DNA of 63,242 bases, filler included, from Klebsormidium nitens (lineage: Eukaryota > Plantae > Klebsormidiophyceae): assembly GCA_000708835.1 (NCBI GenBank). It is 7 parts of 7 records of this genome, joined end to end, with 100 filler letters (N's around TTAATTAATTAA, not from the genome) between each part and the next. Parts side by side here need not be neighbours in the genome. Positions count along the whole stretch, not along the records: positions 1 to 28,670 come from DF237794.1; positions 28,771 to 36,009 come from DF238351.1; positions 36,110 to 47,325 come from DF238147.1; 4 more parts are not named here. One strand, 5' to 3'. This document shows, piece by piece, positions 26,376-38,030 of this stretch. Within the stretch, counting starts at the first letter, position 1, and each line of letters begins with the position of its first letter. The position numbers were made by a program, and so were the translations under genes. A model generated the notes under the pieces. The model saw nothing but the letters and a program-made list of their open reading frames with translations. It was not told the origin of the DNA and did not search any database.

Positions 26376-27993
26376 ATGGCCAAAACAAGAGGGACTCCCC
26401 AGTCTGTTCGGGCCGGGAATTCATCCCTTCAACGCCTTGTTGAAATGAAAAGTGCTCATGACACTGCGGTTCGACAAGGCCGCATCGTGAAAGTACATGG
26501 CAAGAATGTTGAGAAGACCAAGGTGGTTGAAGCACTCACAAAATTCCAATGCGTAACTTGCAAGGGCTACAGTGGAGGCAGTATGATGCGCAAGGAGTGC
26601 CTATGTCAACCGACGGAACCTGTATATTCCTGTGGAGCCCACCATCAAGACCCTAACTTTGATTCCGAGACAGCAAGACAATGTATATCATGCTCGAGAG
26701 TTGTGACCTGATCTGAAGATAAAACGGTCACAATTCTTATGGAGGCCTTGCACGGCCAATATGTTCGCTGCCCCAAGGAGGGCTGCTCCTTGTTTGTGGC
26801 GGCTGATGGCCTAGCAAACCACCTGTCAAGGAGCTGCAATTTCAATCGAGTGACGTGCCAGAAGCCAGGTTGTGGAAAGACGTGAGTGCCTATCGCAATT
26901 TTGCCAGTGAGGCTGCTTCTTTCTTTTCTGGTGTCACCGGTCAGTCATTAGCAATTATTGTTTAAAAAAAGGTTTGAATCCTTCCTGATGCATCTCCAAG
27001 CAGGGTCTGACACAACCAACCTCGTATTTATAAAATGTAAACGATACCACTTCAGTTAATTTCGTTATCTGATTCAGTCTAGCGCGACGCTCGATCTGCA
27101 AATTTAAACCCGGCGCAGCGCCGGGTCGTACGGCAATTTTGAATCGAGTAAGAAATTTTCGGACTTAGCCGTTTTCGGAGACCAAAAAATGCCCGTACGT
27201 GGGGCAAAATTGAATATTCACTACAAAAAAAATCATAAGCCGACGTAAAAAAACATTTTGGTCAAACCGTGCGGTCAAAGTCTTTGAAATACCCCCCCTC
27301 CTAAGTTGAGTGATTTGTCGGTTGCACTTTCCCCCCCTACTCAAAGGACCACGGTGAGATATTTACGTAAATACGATTCTACGGATAAAATTCGCTGTGA
27401 ATTGCGATATGCGCGCGGACTCAATAATTCAACGATCGTTTCCCCTTTCGCCCCGTGTCTCGGAACTTCAGGCTGGTTGTGGAAGGCCCAAAGAACCTCT
27501 GAACCGCCATTCTGAGGAAGTCTGATCATTGTTTAACAGCAGCTCAGATGTTGGCGATCTTCCAAACGCTCTCGCAACGTTTTAGAAAGCCTGGCATCAT
27601 CTATAAAGAACAGCTTTGAGAGTTCTTTCATTACAAAGAGGCTCTGAAATGCTGCAGATTCCTGGCGAAGGAGAAGAGCCGGCACTCGGCTGAATGTGAA
27701 TCCACAGAGTGCCAGTATTCTTTCAGGAACAAAATGCTGGGAGTTGTGGGTTGCACATGGGTTGGGAATCAAAGGAGAGGGACACTCACAAGTGTGCGTT
27801 GGGCTCTCCTGACGAAGCAATTCAGACGCTTCGTAAGTTTGTAGAGTTCGTTTCTGCCAAGCTTGAAGAGAATGGCATAGAGGATCCCCTTGTAGAATTG
27901 CCGGATGACAATCAATCAATGCAAAGCAAACCTGAGTCATCTGAGAGTAGAGCTGCCTCATTGACATCAAACTCTAATGGTTCCGAACAGTAG
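26376..27993 (+). pseudogene. RING-like plus TRAF-type zinc-finger gene, probably disabled
   Basis: FQCVTCK..CLC..C..H..CISC, then in-frame TGA at 26709-26711. Reading resumes SEDKTV..RCPKEGCSLFVAADGLANHLSRSCNFNRVTCQKPGCGKT to a gtgagt donor at 26883. A later Cys/His segment lies at ~27725-27810. Confidence 0.55.
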
Positions 27994-28770
27994 TCTCTTG
28001 TGGCTTGCTTGTTAGGCAATCTGATATTGGGTGTCAGTCAGGAATCTGGGTATGGAGGCCCTTTTCAGGCGGCAGGTTTTGAAAGAGGATTCCTGTGCGG
28101 AAGTCAAGAATGGTGAGATGAAGTCCTTGTCAGAAACCACTCGTTTCAAGTTCTTGATTCGAAGTGACACCATCTCTGTGTTCTTCACATTCTATCAACC
28201 CGAGCAATTCAACTGCTTCTCCAAATTGTTATGGACGAGCGTCATCCTCGACAATGTGCATGCGTTACTTGCACAAGCAAAGATTGAAGTACTGATTGGA
28301 ATGCACGGACAGTACGTAGCCCCCGGATATGATCAAGTGCGTTGCATACCATGGTCGTTCACCACATGGCCGTTCACTATTATAGTTGCAACTATAATCA
28401 GTTACCGGCCACACGGGACAGCTACGGTGCTTTTTCGCCCGGGGGAAAATTGCCGCAGACCAATTTATTTCGGGCGCGCGACGTAGCATATCCGTACGGT
28501 ATCGCAAATTTCCCCCGGCGAAACACAGGGGATGTACAGGACCTCGATGGGTACTTCCGAGGATATTCCTGCCAAAAATTTCACATTTGCCCCCAAATTT
28601 TTCTAATTTGTTGCATTTTGGCCCTAAAAATGGCCTTTACATATGGCTATAAAACTGCAAATTTAAGGAANNNNNNNNNNNNNNNNNNNNNNNNNNNNNN
28701 NNNNNNNNNNNNNNTTAATTAATTAANNNNNNNNNNNNNNNNNNNNNNNNNNNNNNNNNNNNNNNNNNNN

Positions 28771-31700
28771 CTTATACATGTACGTGAAAGAGTACATAAA
28801 GAGGGCCATAAATGGAATCTCATACCGCCATTATATATTATCCAGCCGTCCCAATGAAAGAGTTTTTCGACTGCCTTCTGGGTCTTAGTTATACCGGTAT
28901 GACCGCCATAAAGAGTATCATGATATTCGGTCATGATCGTGCGCCGAACCTCGAAGGTGTCGGCGGTGGCAGGCACATAGATGCGACCATCTTCTATAAC
29001 TAGACCCTCTGAAGTGAGTCGTCGGGCCGCCACGCTATTTATATCTTGCAGCGTTGGGTCCTTGGCATACGAAAAAAGGATGGCTTCCTGAAGAAGGGGA
29101 GGTAAGCCAAACTTACTTGGAAGCGTACGCCTTGTGAAGACCTCGCTGGCAGCTAACACCGGATGGGGTTGGCCGACCGCCACGACCGGCGTGCTAAGCT
29201 CTTCATCCCGCAAAAGGTGAGGCAGGCAACGTCACTCACGGGGAACTGGCTTAACGGGTCTGCAACGTCAGACCTACCAGGCCTGTAGACCCAATCAAAG
29301 TCAAACCGTTGAAGAAACTCAGACCAACGAGCCTTACCCCTGCTCAGGTTTTGTTGCGTTTGGAGAAATGTATTTGGACAGTGATCAGTTATGACAGTAA
29401 AATAAGTACCTTCAAGGTAGCCTGCACCTTCAAACCGCCAAACAATGAATCACAGCCAAGAGCTCATGTTCACTGGTTGAATAATTACGCTCAGCTAGCC
29501 GGAGAAAGCTTTTGGGACTCAAGGCAACATGCCGATTTTCTTGTAACAGAACCCCGCCGACTCCTAAAAGCAACGCATCGCTCACCACCGTCTATGGTTT
29601 AGAGGAGTCCGGCAATACCAAAACGGGTGCTCGACAAAGGAGGTCCAAGAAATGCCTCTTGCTGTCGGGTCGACCATTCAAACTTAAGGCTTATTTGCTC
29701 GCGTCAACTCGGATAACGGCCCAACAAGATTCGAGAAGCCTTGAATGAAACGCCAAACCAAGGAAGGACCTTACTTGGTGCACATCCTTCGGGACCGCCC
29801 AATCAGAGACCGCTCTGACCTTGTTGGGGTCTGGTTTGATGCCGTCAACTCCGACAATGTGGCCGAGGAACTTGGTCTCGCTTTGCACGAAAGAACTTTT
29901 GTCTTTACAAACATAGAACCTTTCGCGACGCAAGATTTCCAAGACCTTTCGCACATGAGCCTCATGCTCTTCTTCGGACTTACTGAAGATAAGAATATCA
30001 TCAAGATATAGTACAACGAAGTCCCGAAGATAAGGCTCAAAGATGCCGTTCATGACAGATTGGAAGGTCGCGGGAGCACCAAGGGAAGGACTCTCCATTC
30101 GAAGTGTCCAATTAAAAGGCCGTCTGAAAGCCGTTTCCGGAACATCGGCTTCGGAGATTCGAATTTGCCAATATTCGGAGGTCAAATCCAAGCTGGTAAA
30201 GAACTTAGCACCCAAAACCGTATCCAACATGTCATCGATGCGGGGAAGAGGATAGCGATTTTAAACAGACATTTGATTCAACATTCTATAGTCCACGCAC
30301 ATGTTCTCAGACCTCGGCCGTTAGGCTTAGGGACAAAGAGAATCGGGGCGCCGTAAGGACTCGTGGAAGGTTGAATCAAACCCGTTTCCAAAGGAACCAT
30401 TATCTGCTTTTTCGCTTCTTCCAATTCCAAAGGTGACAAACGATATAGAGAGCAAAACGAAGGTGTGTGGCCTGGCTCTAAAGGACTCGGAATCTCATGC
30501 GAACGGTTTCGCTCGGGTGGAAAACCTGGAGGCAGAGGGTCTTGAAACACATCGGTCCATGCACGAAATCCTTCAACATCCTATCAATCCAGAGTCTGGA
30601 GGTCTCACCCGGTAGCGGCGGGTCCTTGAGTAACTAGTTAAAGCCAAGAACATTGGCTTACCCTTGCGAATTTGGCGCTTCATCGGAAGTGCCAAAAGGA
30701 GCCGCACCAGTTCGGCCTCACCTTCTCCCTCCTCAGGATTTGCCAGCAAATCGCGAATAAGAGGGTTTTGATTGACAGTGATTTTACGGCGTCCTTTAAA
30801 GAGGACGGCACCACGAGTTCGGTATCTTAACTCTACGTTGAAAGAAGTCAGAATGTCATCACCCAAGACTAGATCGACTCCGTCCAACAAGTCAAGGACC
30901 AAACAATCAATACGTCGACAAAAAGCACTTGCGCCGTGCCATCACTTATGACGTCTGTGTTATTGCCTAACTTTGCGACCTAAGAAGCACTCTCTGCAAC
31001 AGTAATACCACCAATATCGAGGAAACAAAGCAACAGCTAGCACCAGAGCCAAAGAGGAAGTTTGCCGTAATACCGGCCGCTCGCCCTGAAAAGAGCATCT
31101 TCGATCGAGACTTTGTGCCTATAGAGTTGCATTGGTAACATCATCCTCTGCTAGAAGATCAACGGGAACCGGAAGGCTAGCATAATACATAACTCGAAGC
31201 GCGTGCTTTGCAGTTGTTACTTCAGCAACGCCTTGTTTGTTATACCTGATTATAGGCGAGCCGCACGGGACGGTATACACAGAACGCCATCCTTTCAACC
31301 ATTCCAAAGGAAGTTGACGAGGATGCGTTATTAGGATGCAAGCCGAAGTATCGTGCGGCGCCTTATCATAAACACTTTGGAAGCTGCTACAAAGACCCGC
31401 ATCAGAATCGGCGTTAATCGACATTTGTTTATGCGCCAAATCAAGATCGGAAAAATGGTTGAGTTCGGGCCAATCATAAGAGTAAACACCAGCAACGGAA
31501 ATGACACCTGATCATCCAAATGCCTTACAAACTCGTGCCTGTGACAATTGAACGTCATCCGAAATTAGGTCTATCTTCTCTCTAGCTTTAGTGTTCGCTA
31601 CACTACCGATGCTCTCTATTTTATCAGCCTCAGAAAGAGAGCTTCAGAGTTTCCGACTGAGGGGTGGCGGCGGCCTTACAGTTCTTAGGGTTCTGCAAAC

Positions 31701-32850
31701 AGCCCCTAGCGAAGTGGCCCTTCTTCTTACAGCAGAGGCACACTCCCGCCTTCATGAGCCGCGTCACCCCCTCCCGAGCGATTTTCAATCCCGACCCGTT
31801 CGCCTTGCCCATCCACTTCTTCATGTAGGGATGGTGGTGCTGCTTCTTCTTAGTCACAGCGCCTTGCACAAGATTGAAGGGGCGGTTAGTCTTGGGCTTG
31901 CTTTGCTTATCCTCCGCCGACCGACTAGGACCCGACTCCGACCCCGAACCCGGATTTGGGTCCTTCCTGGTCTGTTGCATCACTGCCCAATTGAGCGAGC
32001 AACACTTGAGAAACAGAGCAAAGCTAGTCCAACGGGACCCGTCCGGCATGCATGATGCACACCGGAAACGAACCTCGCTTTTCAAACCGTCCATGAACAT
32101 CTAGATTTTGACTGCCTCTGAAAGACTCTCCTCACGGAGCTCACAACAAAGTTGCTCAAACGTCAGCGCATAATCCTCAACCGAAGAAGAGCCTTGACGA
32201 AGTCTTTTAAGCTTAGCTCAGGCCTCTGAAACGGGGTCAACGGATCCATACGCAGAGAGCAGCAAGTCCTTAAGCCAGGTCATGGTTGGTTAGAATTCGG
32301 GTATGAGGAGCTTGGCCGACTGGACCCGAGCATATACACTGTCACCCTCGCTTTCCCATCTAGATGAAGAGAGACGCAAGCAGCCCTCTCATCCCAGGAA
32401 CCTTGGTGTATGCAGAGTACTCTTAAGTTCCATCATCGAGAACCAAGTCCTAATGTCCATTGCCCCGTCTGAAGACTTGCCATAAAAACGAGTCGGCTTC
32501 ACTGAATCAGGCTTTTGAGTTCTAAACGAGACACCAAAAATCCGAAGTCCAGCAGATTCCAACCGAGCAAGTGCGGCTTCAAGACGTGCAATCTTAGACG
32601 TAGGGGTCTCAGGGTCCTCACGCTCCATATCAGTCTGGATATCGGCTTCATGCATGGCCGTCTCCCGTCTACCCCCGCGAACCGCACATGCGAGCCGCCC
32701 TCCCCAGCTTCGATGGCGCCGCCACGCAAGCGCGCCACAGTAACCTGCGCCCTTCGCCCGCTCACTAAAGCGGTGAGCAATTGCCTCCATACGAGACAAA
32801 GAGGCTGCGCTGACAGGCGGAAGAGAGGTGCCGCCGCCCATGATAGAGGG
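28771..32850 (-). mobile_element. Degenerate Ty3/gypsy LTR retrotransposon (gag, Dam-like domain, PR, RT, RH, INT N-terminus); both ends in gaps
   Basis: gag: KPTRFYGK..LKRLRQGSSSVEDY..knuckle CLCCKKKGHFARGC. Protease remnant MLFSGRAAGITANFLFGSGAS (~31100-31040). RT: IQPSTSPYGAPILFVPKP, FFTSLDLTSEYWQIRI, VVLYLDDILIFS, KFLGHIV. INT: EYHDTLYGGHTGITKT. Order PR-RT-RH-INT; many stops and frameshifts. Confidence 0.92.
31119..31560 (-). pseudogene. Dam-like (N6-adenine DNA methyltransferase-type) domain in gypsy element 1, catalytic motif degenerate
   Basis: ..NHFSDLDLAHKQMSINADSDAGLCSSFQSVYDKAPHDTSACILITHPRQLPLEWLKGWRSVYTVPCGSPII..LRVMYYAS; aligns by eye with the 35525-35950 domain. Confidence 0.55.
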
Positions 32851-33532
32851 NNNNNNNNNNNNNNNNNNNNNNNNNNNNNNNNNNNNNNNNNNNNNNNNNN
32901 NNNNNNNNNNNNNNNNNNNNNNNNNNNNNNNNNNNNNNNNNNNNNNNNNNNNNNNNNNNNNNNNNNNNNNNNNNNNNNNNNNNNNNNNNNNNNNNNNNNN
33001 NNNNNNNNNNNNNNNNNNNNNNNNNNNNNNNNNNNNNNNNNNNNNNNNNNNNNNNNNNNNNNNNNNNNNNNNNNNNNNNNNNNNNNNNNNNNNNNNNNNN
33101 NNNNNNNNNNNNNNNNNNNNNNNNNNNNNNNNNNNNNNNNNNNNNNNNNNNNNNNNNNNNNNNNNNNNNNNNNNNNNNNNNNNNNNNNNNNNNNNNNNNN
33201 NNNNNNNNNNNNNNNNNNNNNNNNNNNNNNNNNNNNNNNNNNNNNNNNNNNNNNNNNNNNNNNNNNNNNNNNNNNNNNNNNNNNNNNNNNNNNNNNNNNN
33301 NNNNNNNNNNNNNNNNNNNNNNNNNNNNNNNNNNNNNNNNNNNNNNNNNNNNNNNNNNNNNNNNNNNNNNNNNNNNNNNNNNNNNNNNNNNNNNNNNNNN
33401 NNNNNNNNNNNNNNNNNNNNNNNNNNNNNNNNNNNNNNNNNNNNNNNNNNNNNNNNNNNNNNNNNNNNNNNNNNNNNNNNNNNNNNNNNNNNNNNNNNNN
33501 NNNNNNNNNNNNNNNNNNNNNNNNNNNNNNNN

Positions 33533-33993
33533 AGTGACACGTGGCAGCTGTCGAAGTAATGTTCGATAATAATTATTATTGGATATGTCGACAGTAGTAT
33601 AAGTAGAGCTACTAGACTAGCATGTCTTTTCCATGACCAGGATTGCTTGGCATGGCGCAAGACGCTCTACTTTGAAGTCAGAAGTATGCTCTTTGCCATG
33701 CTGGAAGGACGTCATTGTGATGACTAGATGCAGCCATGGGCAGTGCCCAAGTCTGCCTCTCTACGATTCGTGACTGACTGAACGCAAGGCAGAAACAAGA
33801 CTCTGAAATCTTGAAGGATGTCCTGAGGGACTTGTCCAACGAGAGGACAGAAGTTGTCTTGGGCAGAAAGACGACAATTGTTCTGAGCTGCGCCATCGCT
33901 TGAGAATGCCTGCTTCCATGGTTTCCGCACATGGTTGCTGAACGTGTGTAGTTATCCTGCCAGCTTTTCGCATATAGCTGGCCAACCGTTACA
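33533..33993 (+). repeat. 5' LTR (3' part) of gypsy element 2
   Basis: Ends ..ccgttACA immediately before a tRNA-Met PBS and the gag ORF. Left end lost in the gap. Contains a G-box/ABRE-like gacacgtggc at 33536-33545. Confidence 0.7.
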
Positions 33994-33994
33994 G

Positions 33995-34006
33995 TGGTAT
34001 CAAAGG
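33995..34006 (+). promoter_or_regulatory. Primer binding site, initiator tRNA-Met type
   Basis: tggtatcaaagg one base after the LTR-terminal CA; the canonical plant Met PBS is TGGTATCAGAGC. Confidence 0.8.
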
Positions 34007-35524
34007 CTTGTGTTCTGATCTCTTGCGAGATTGGAGTTGGGTCCATGTCGAAGAAGGAGCGCATCGCTTCGTCTCTTGACCGGATAACGGATCTGTGTTT
34101 TACGATCTCTGAGTTGGCGATTGGCGAAGACTCTGAGGAGGAAGCATCTGCGAAGGCTTCCACGAGTGCTCTCTGTCCTGAGGCCGCAATCTTTGAGCCT
34201 TCACGCAAGGGGAAGGAGAAGATCTCTGGCAAAGAGGAGAGTGCGATTTTTGAGGATTGGGAAAGTGTTCCCGATCTGCCATCTGAGAGTGACACGCCTC
34301 CTTCCTATTGTCAGGTTGTTGGGGGTAGCTCTCAGTCTGTGTGCATCACTCCTGTCGGTCGGGAGGTGAGGAGTCAGTCTGTTGATTCAGGGGAATCTTC
34401 AGCTATGGCGGCCAACTTGCCGAACTTTGCGGCTATGACGGTGGCCCAATTTGACCAGTACTATAATGGTCTTCAGACAGATCCTGCCAGGATTGCGGCT
34501 GAGACGCAGGCCCTGACACATGGCAGTGACGCCATAAGGATCTCTGTGTTGCTGAAGCGTGATAATCGCAACCACGCCAATCTGACAGCAATGCAGGGTC
34601 AGTTGCAGCAAGCTCAGGCCACGGCTGCACAGGCACAACAGCAAGCTCAGGTTGCTGCTGCTGCTCAGGCTGCTGCCGTTGCAGCTGCTGCAGGGCAGGT
34701 AAAGGCCTCGCCTCCTTCCAAGTGGGAGAATAAGGCGAGCAACCCATCCATTCTGGAGTGGTTCGATCAGATCGAAGAGTATCTTCGGAACACGCCTAAC
34801 GCTGAGTATTTGTGTCTGGCGTCTTCGTATCTGAATGGGAAGCCAAGATCGTATTGGTCTTCCCAGTATGCTGTGTATCAACGTGCGAACCTAGGATTGT
34901 ATCCTCAGAATGCTCGTCAGTTTTTCAGGGAAACCATGACTCGTGGGTATGGTCTGAGGACTTTCATTCAGTCTTATTGGGACACCTGGAATAATCTCAA
35001 GCAGGGATCCACAAGTGTGGATGAGTACAACGTTGCTTTCGAGCAAGCTGCTACTAACCTTCCCGCTGAGATTACAGACGAGCAGATCAAGATCGAGAAG
35101 TATCAGTCTGGTCTCCAAGTGGATCGGAAGGAGTTGTGCAGAACGTCTCCCAACGGAACTCGTTGAAATGCTCTTTGTGATCTTATGCAGTATGCTACTT
35201 TGCAGTGGCCCATGATCGAGGAACGCTTGAAGCGTAAGCCTGCCCAGTCCACCAAGTCGGTGGCTGGCAAACGTAAGGCGTCCGGAAGTGGCTCCGGGAG
35301 GACGTCTAAGGCGCGGCTGTCTGCTGCCCTTACGGACGAGCAGTATGCTCACAACATGGCGAACCGCCTGTGCCGCAACTGCGGGAAGCCAGACCATATT
35401 GCGGCAGACTGTACTGAGGAGTCTCAGAATGGTAGCAATAATAGGAAAAAGCAGAAGAAGGGGAGGAAGGATTTTCAGAAACGCTAGGCAGTGCAGGCCC
35501 GGGACTGTTGTCTAGTGTTGATCT

Positions 35525-35950
35525 GTGTTAGATCTGTCAGAACAAGACTTCCTGGACATATCAAACATTACTAGTCGTATCTTTGATATGGGAGTTCGTC
35601 GTTCTGAAGATTCTATTTCCACAGATGTATGTCCTAACTCAGACTTCCTGTCATCTTCGATGTCAGGCAAGCATGTGTGATTAAGTGCCAGTTCAGTCAA
35701 ACATTTGACAGAACGTGTTCGGCACTTCCATTCTGCGTTTGATGGTAATCCTACTGCCACGTCAGCATGTATTTTGATTCGTGATAGCATGCCTGTGCCT
35801 TTGCCTATGTTAAAGGATTTCTCTGTCGTACTGACTGTTCCTAAAGGCGGTTTGGTCCGTCAACTGCAGTCAGATGACACGTGGCAGGTTGTTTGAAGTC
35901 TTGAGAAGCTACGAGTATTGTATCTTGCTTCTGTTGTTGACAAAGTGTCT
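35525..35950 (+). pseudogene. Dam-like domain in gypsy element 2, catalytic motif degenerate
   Basis: ..NSDFLSSSMSGKHV*LSASSVKHLTERVRHFHSAFDGNPTATSACILIRDSMPVPLPMLKDFSVVLTVPKGGLV..LRVLYLAS. Confidence 0.55.
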
Positions 35951-36189
35951 GCTGAAGCAGGTTTACTCACAGAAAGTATTCTGTCAGCCGCTCGAAAGGG
36001 CTCGAAGCCNNNNNNNNNNNNNNNNNNNNNNNNNNNNNNNNNNNNNNNNNNNNTTAATTAATTAANNNNNNNNNNNNNNNNNNNNNNNNNNNNNNNNNNN
36101 NNNNNNNNNGGAATAATGCATGACTATGAATTCCATACATAACCATACAACGTATTCATGTAGTTTCATCGCTTGACAATAAACACGAG

Positions 36190-38030
36190 CGCTCCAAAGT
36201 ACCGAGCCTAATCAGATGCCGAGCCTATATCGCATGACAATGACGCAAAATGATTGGGTCAACTCGTTATCTTTCCACTGACGATATCGAACCTCCTGAT
36301 CACTCACGAGGTTCGCGACCACTGTAAACGGCCATTTCTGTACTAACCGAATAATAATGCTCGTATGTCGCTGGTACTCATCCCGGTCCGTAGCTTTGAC
36401 AGACACAAGCTGCTCCCCAATCATCATGTTAGCATGATTCTAGATAGCCAGATTGGGAACCCGGTCCTCGATGGCCGGGGCTTTCCTTCCCCGTCGTCCG
36501 GCACAACACTCAAGTTCCTAGTATCAGGGTCAATAACCAACTGCTGGGAACCCAAACCAGACTGAGCAGGGGATCCACGAAAAACCGGGGCAAAAACGCA
36601 TCAGTGGAAAAGGCCCTGGGGGCTTAAAGTGAGCCGTATAGTTGTGATGCAGAATACCTGGGCCCACACCAAGGGGTGCAGCGGGGTCGAAGGCGCCGCA
36701 GGTGGGCTGTCCCGTGCGAGGCCCCTGCCACGTGTCGCCCCCCGCCACGAAGAAGTTGTGCAGGGCCGAGTCCAAACCGGGCTGCCGACCCATGGTCGCG
36801 TTGGTGGGCATGCCTTGGGGAGAAGCACTCAGGCGGGAGAATGCTGAGGGCCGAGGGTCGAGCCGGTCAAAATNNNNNNNNNNNNNNNNNNNNNNNNNNN
36901 NNNNNNNNNNNNNNNNNNNNNNNNNNNNNNNNNNNNNNNNNNNNNNNNNNNNNNNNNNNNNNNNNNNNNNNNNNNNNNNNNNNNNNNNNNNNNNNNNNNN
37001 NNNNNNNNNNNNNNNNNNNNNNNNNNNNNNNNNNNNNNNNNNNNNNNNNNNNNNNNNNNNNNNNNNNNNNNNNNNNNNNNNNNNNNNNNNNNNNNNNNNN
37101 NNNNNNNNNNNNNNNNNNNNNNNNNNNNNNNNNNNNNNNNNNNNNNNNNNNNNNNNNNNNNNNNNNNNNNNNNNNNNNNNNNNNNNNNNNNNNNNNNNNN
37201 NNNNNNNNNNNNNNNNNNNNNNNNNNNNNNNNNNNNNNNNNNNNNNNNNNNNNNNNNNNNNNNNNNNNNNNNNNNNNNNNNNNNNNNNNNNNNNNNNNNN
37301 NNNNNNNNNNNNNNNNNNNNNNNNNNNNNNNNNNNNNNNNNNNNNNNNNNNNNNNNNNNNNNNNNNNNNNNNNNNCTGAGGGCCGAGGGTCGAGCCGGTC
37401 AAAATCGGAGGGGCGAGAAACAGGGGGCCCATCCTGGGGCTCCCAAACAGGCTGCACGGGGGGGGTGGCGGTCCAGAAATGCTCTGGCGCTGAACTACCC
37501 CCCTAAGATGGCGAAGCTCGACGTCCTTGGACGCACGCTCGGCCCGTGCCTGGGCTAACTGAAGTGTCATCGAAGGGTCCTCTACAGAAACGTGGGGGGG
37601 TCAAGAATTTCTACGAGGGGCCCCAAGGCTTGGCATCCGTGAATCAAATGAAACGCCCCCGCGAGAAATCGTGGCCTGCCCTCCATCAGCATGCATCATG
37701 GCAGCTGTAACTTCTGGGCAGGGCCAGTGGAATCGGTCTCACCAATTTGGAAGACCGGGGCATCGGGGCGCAACCGACGGGCCCCCCCCAGGTGGGAAGA
37801 GTGGGTTCTGCGACCTCCCCGACATGCCTGATGGGCGCGTCAGGGGTACGAAGCTCCTGCTGGTCTCCCACCAGGATGAGGGCCGCCCCCGGCATACGTA
37901 CAACCGGAACTTCGATCTCGTCCGGGTTGTCAAACCCATAGTCCAAGACCTCGTCTCCCACCTGGAAGTCTGTAGGGGAGATGTCCGGGCGTGGAATTTC
38001 GGCCATGGTGACAACGGAACGAGAAAACAA
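36190..38030 (-). mobile_element. Probable DIRS/Ngaro-type retrotransposon ORF1 (gag-like) fragment
   Basis: Pro-rich ORF1 across the gap, then DRDEYQRHTSIIIRLVQKWPFTVVANLVSDQEVRYRQW. This resembles the Y..I..L...W..V..YD..FR motif of YR-retrotransposon gag and the motif at ~62170-62310. No RT or recombinase visible. Confidence 0.45.

Larger units (their letters stand above)
33533..36009 (+). mobile_element. Ty3/gypsy element 2 (LTR, PBS, gag, Dam-like domain; truncated at gap)
   Basis: gag ORF 33994-35166: Q/A-rich linker, PPSKWENK..LEWFDQIEEYL..WNNLKQGSTSVDEYN. Continues past a TGA to the knuckle CRNCGKPDHIAADC and ends at 35487. Homologous to element 1 gag (PNGTR*NAL vs PDGSRWTSF). Confidence 0.9.

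Noticed and set aside
36846-37403. Same ~28-mer (ctgagggccgagggtcgagccggtcaaaat) on both sides of a gap
   Set aside because: Most likely contig-end overlap or a collapsed repeat; cannot be judged without reads.
32389-37570. Long ORFs full of X (e.g. 32389-33660, 36530-37570)
   Set aside because: They read through N gaps; their length is an artefact.
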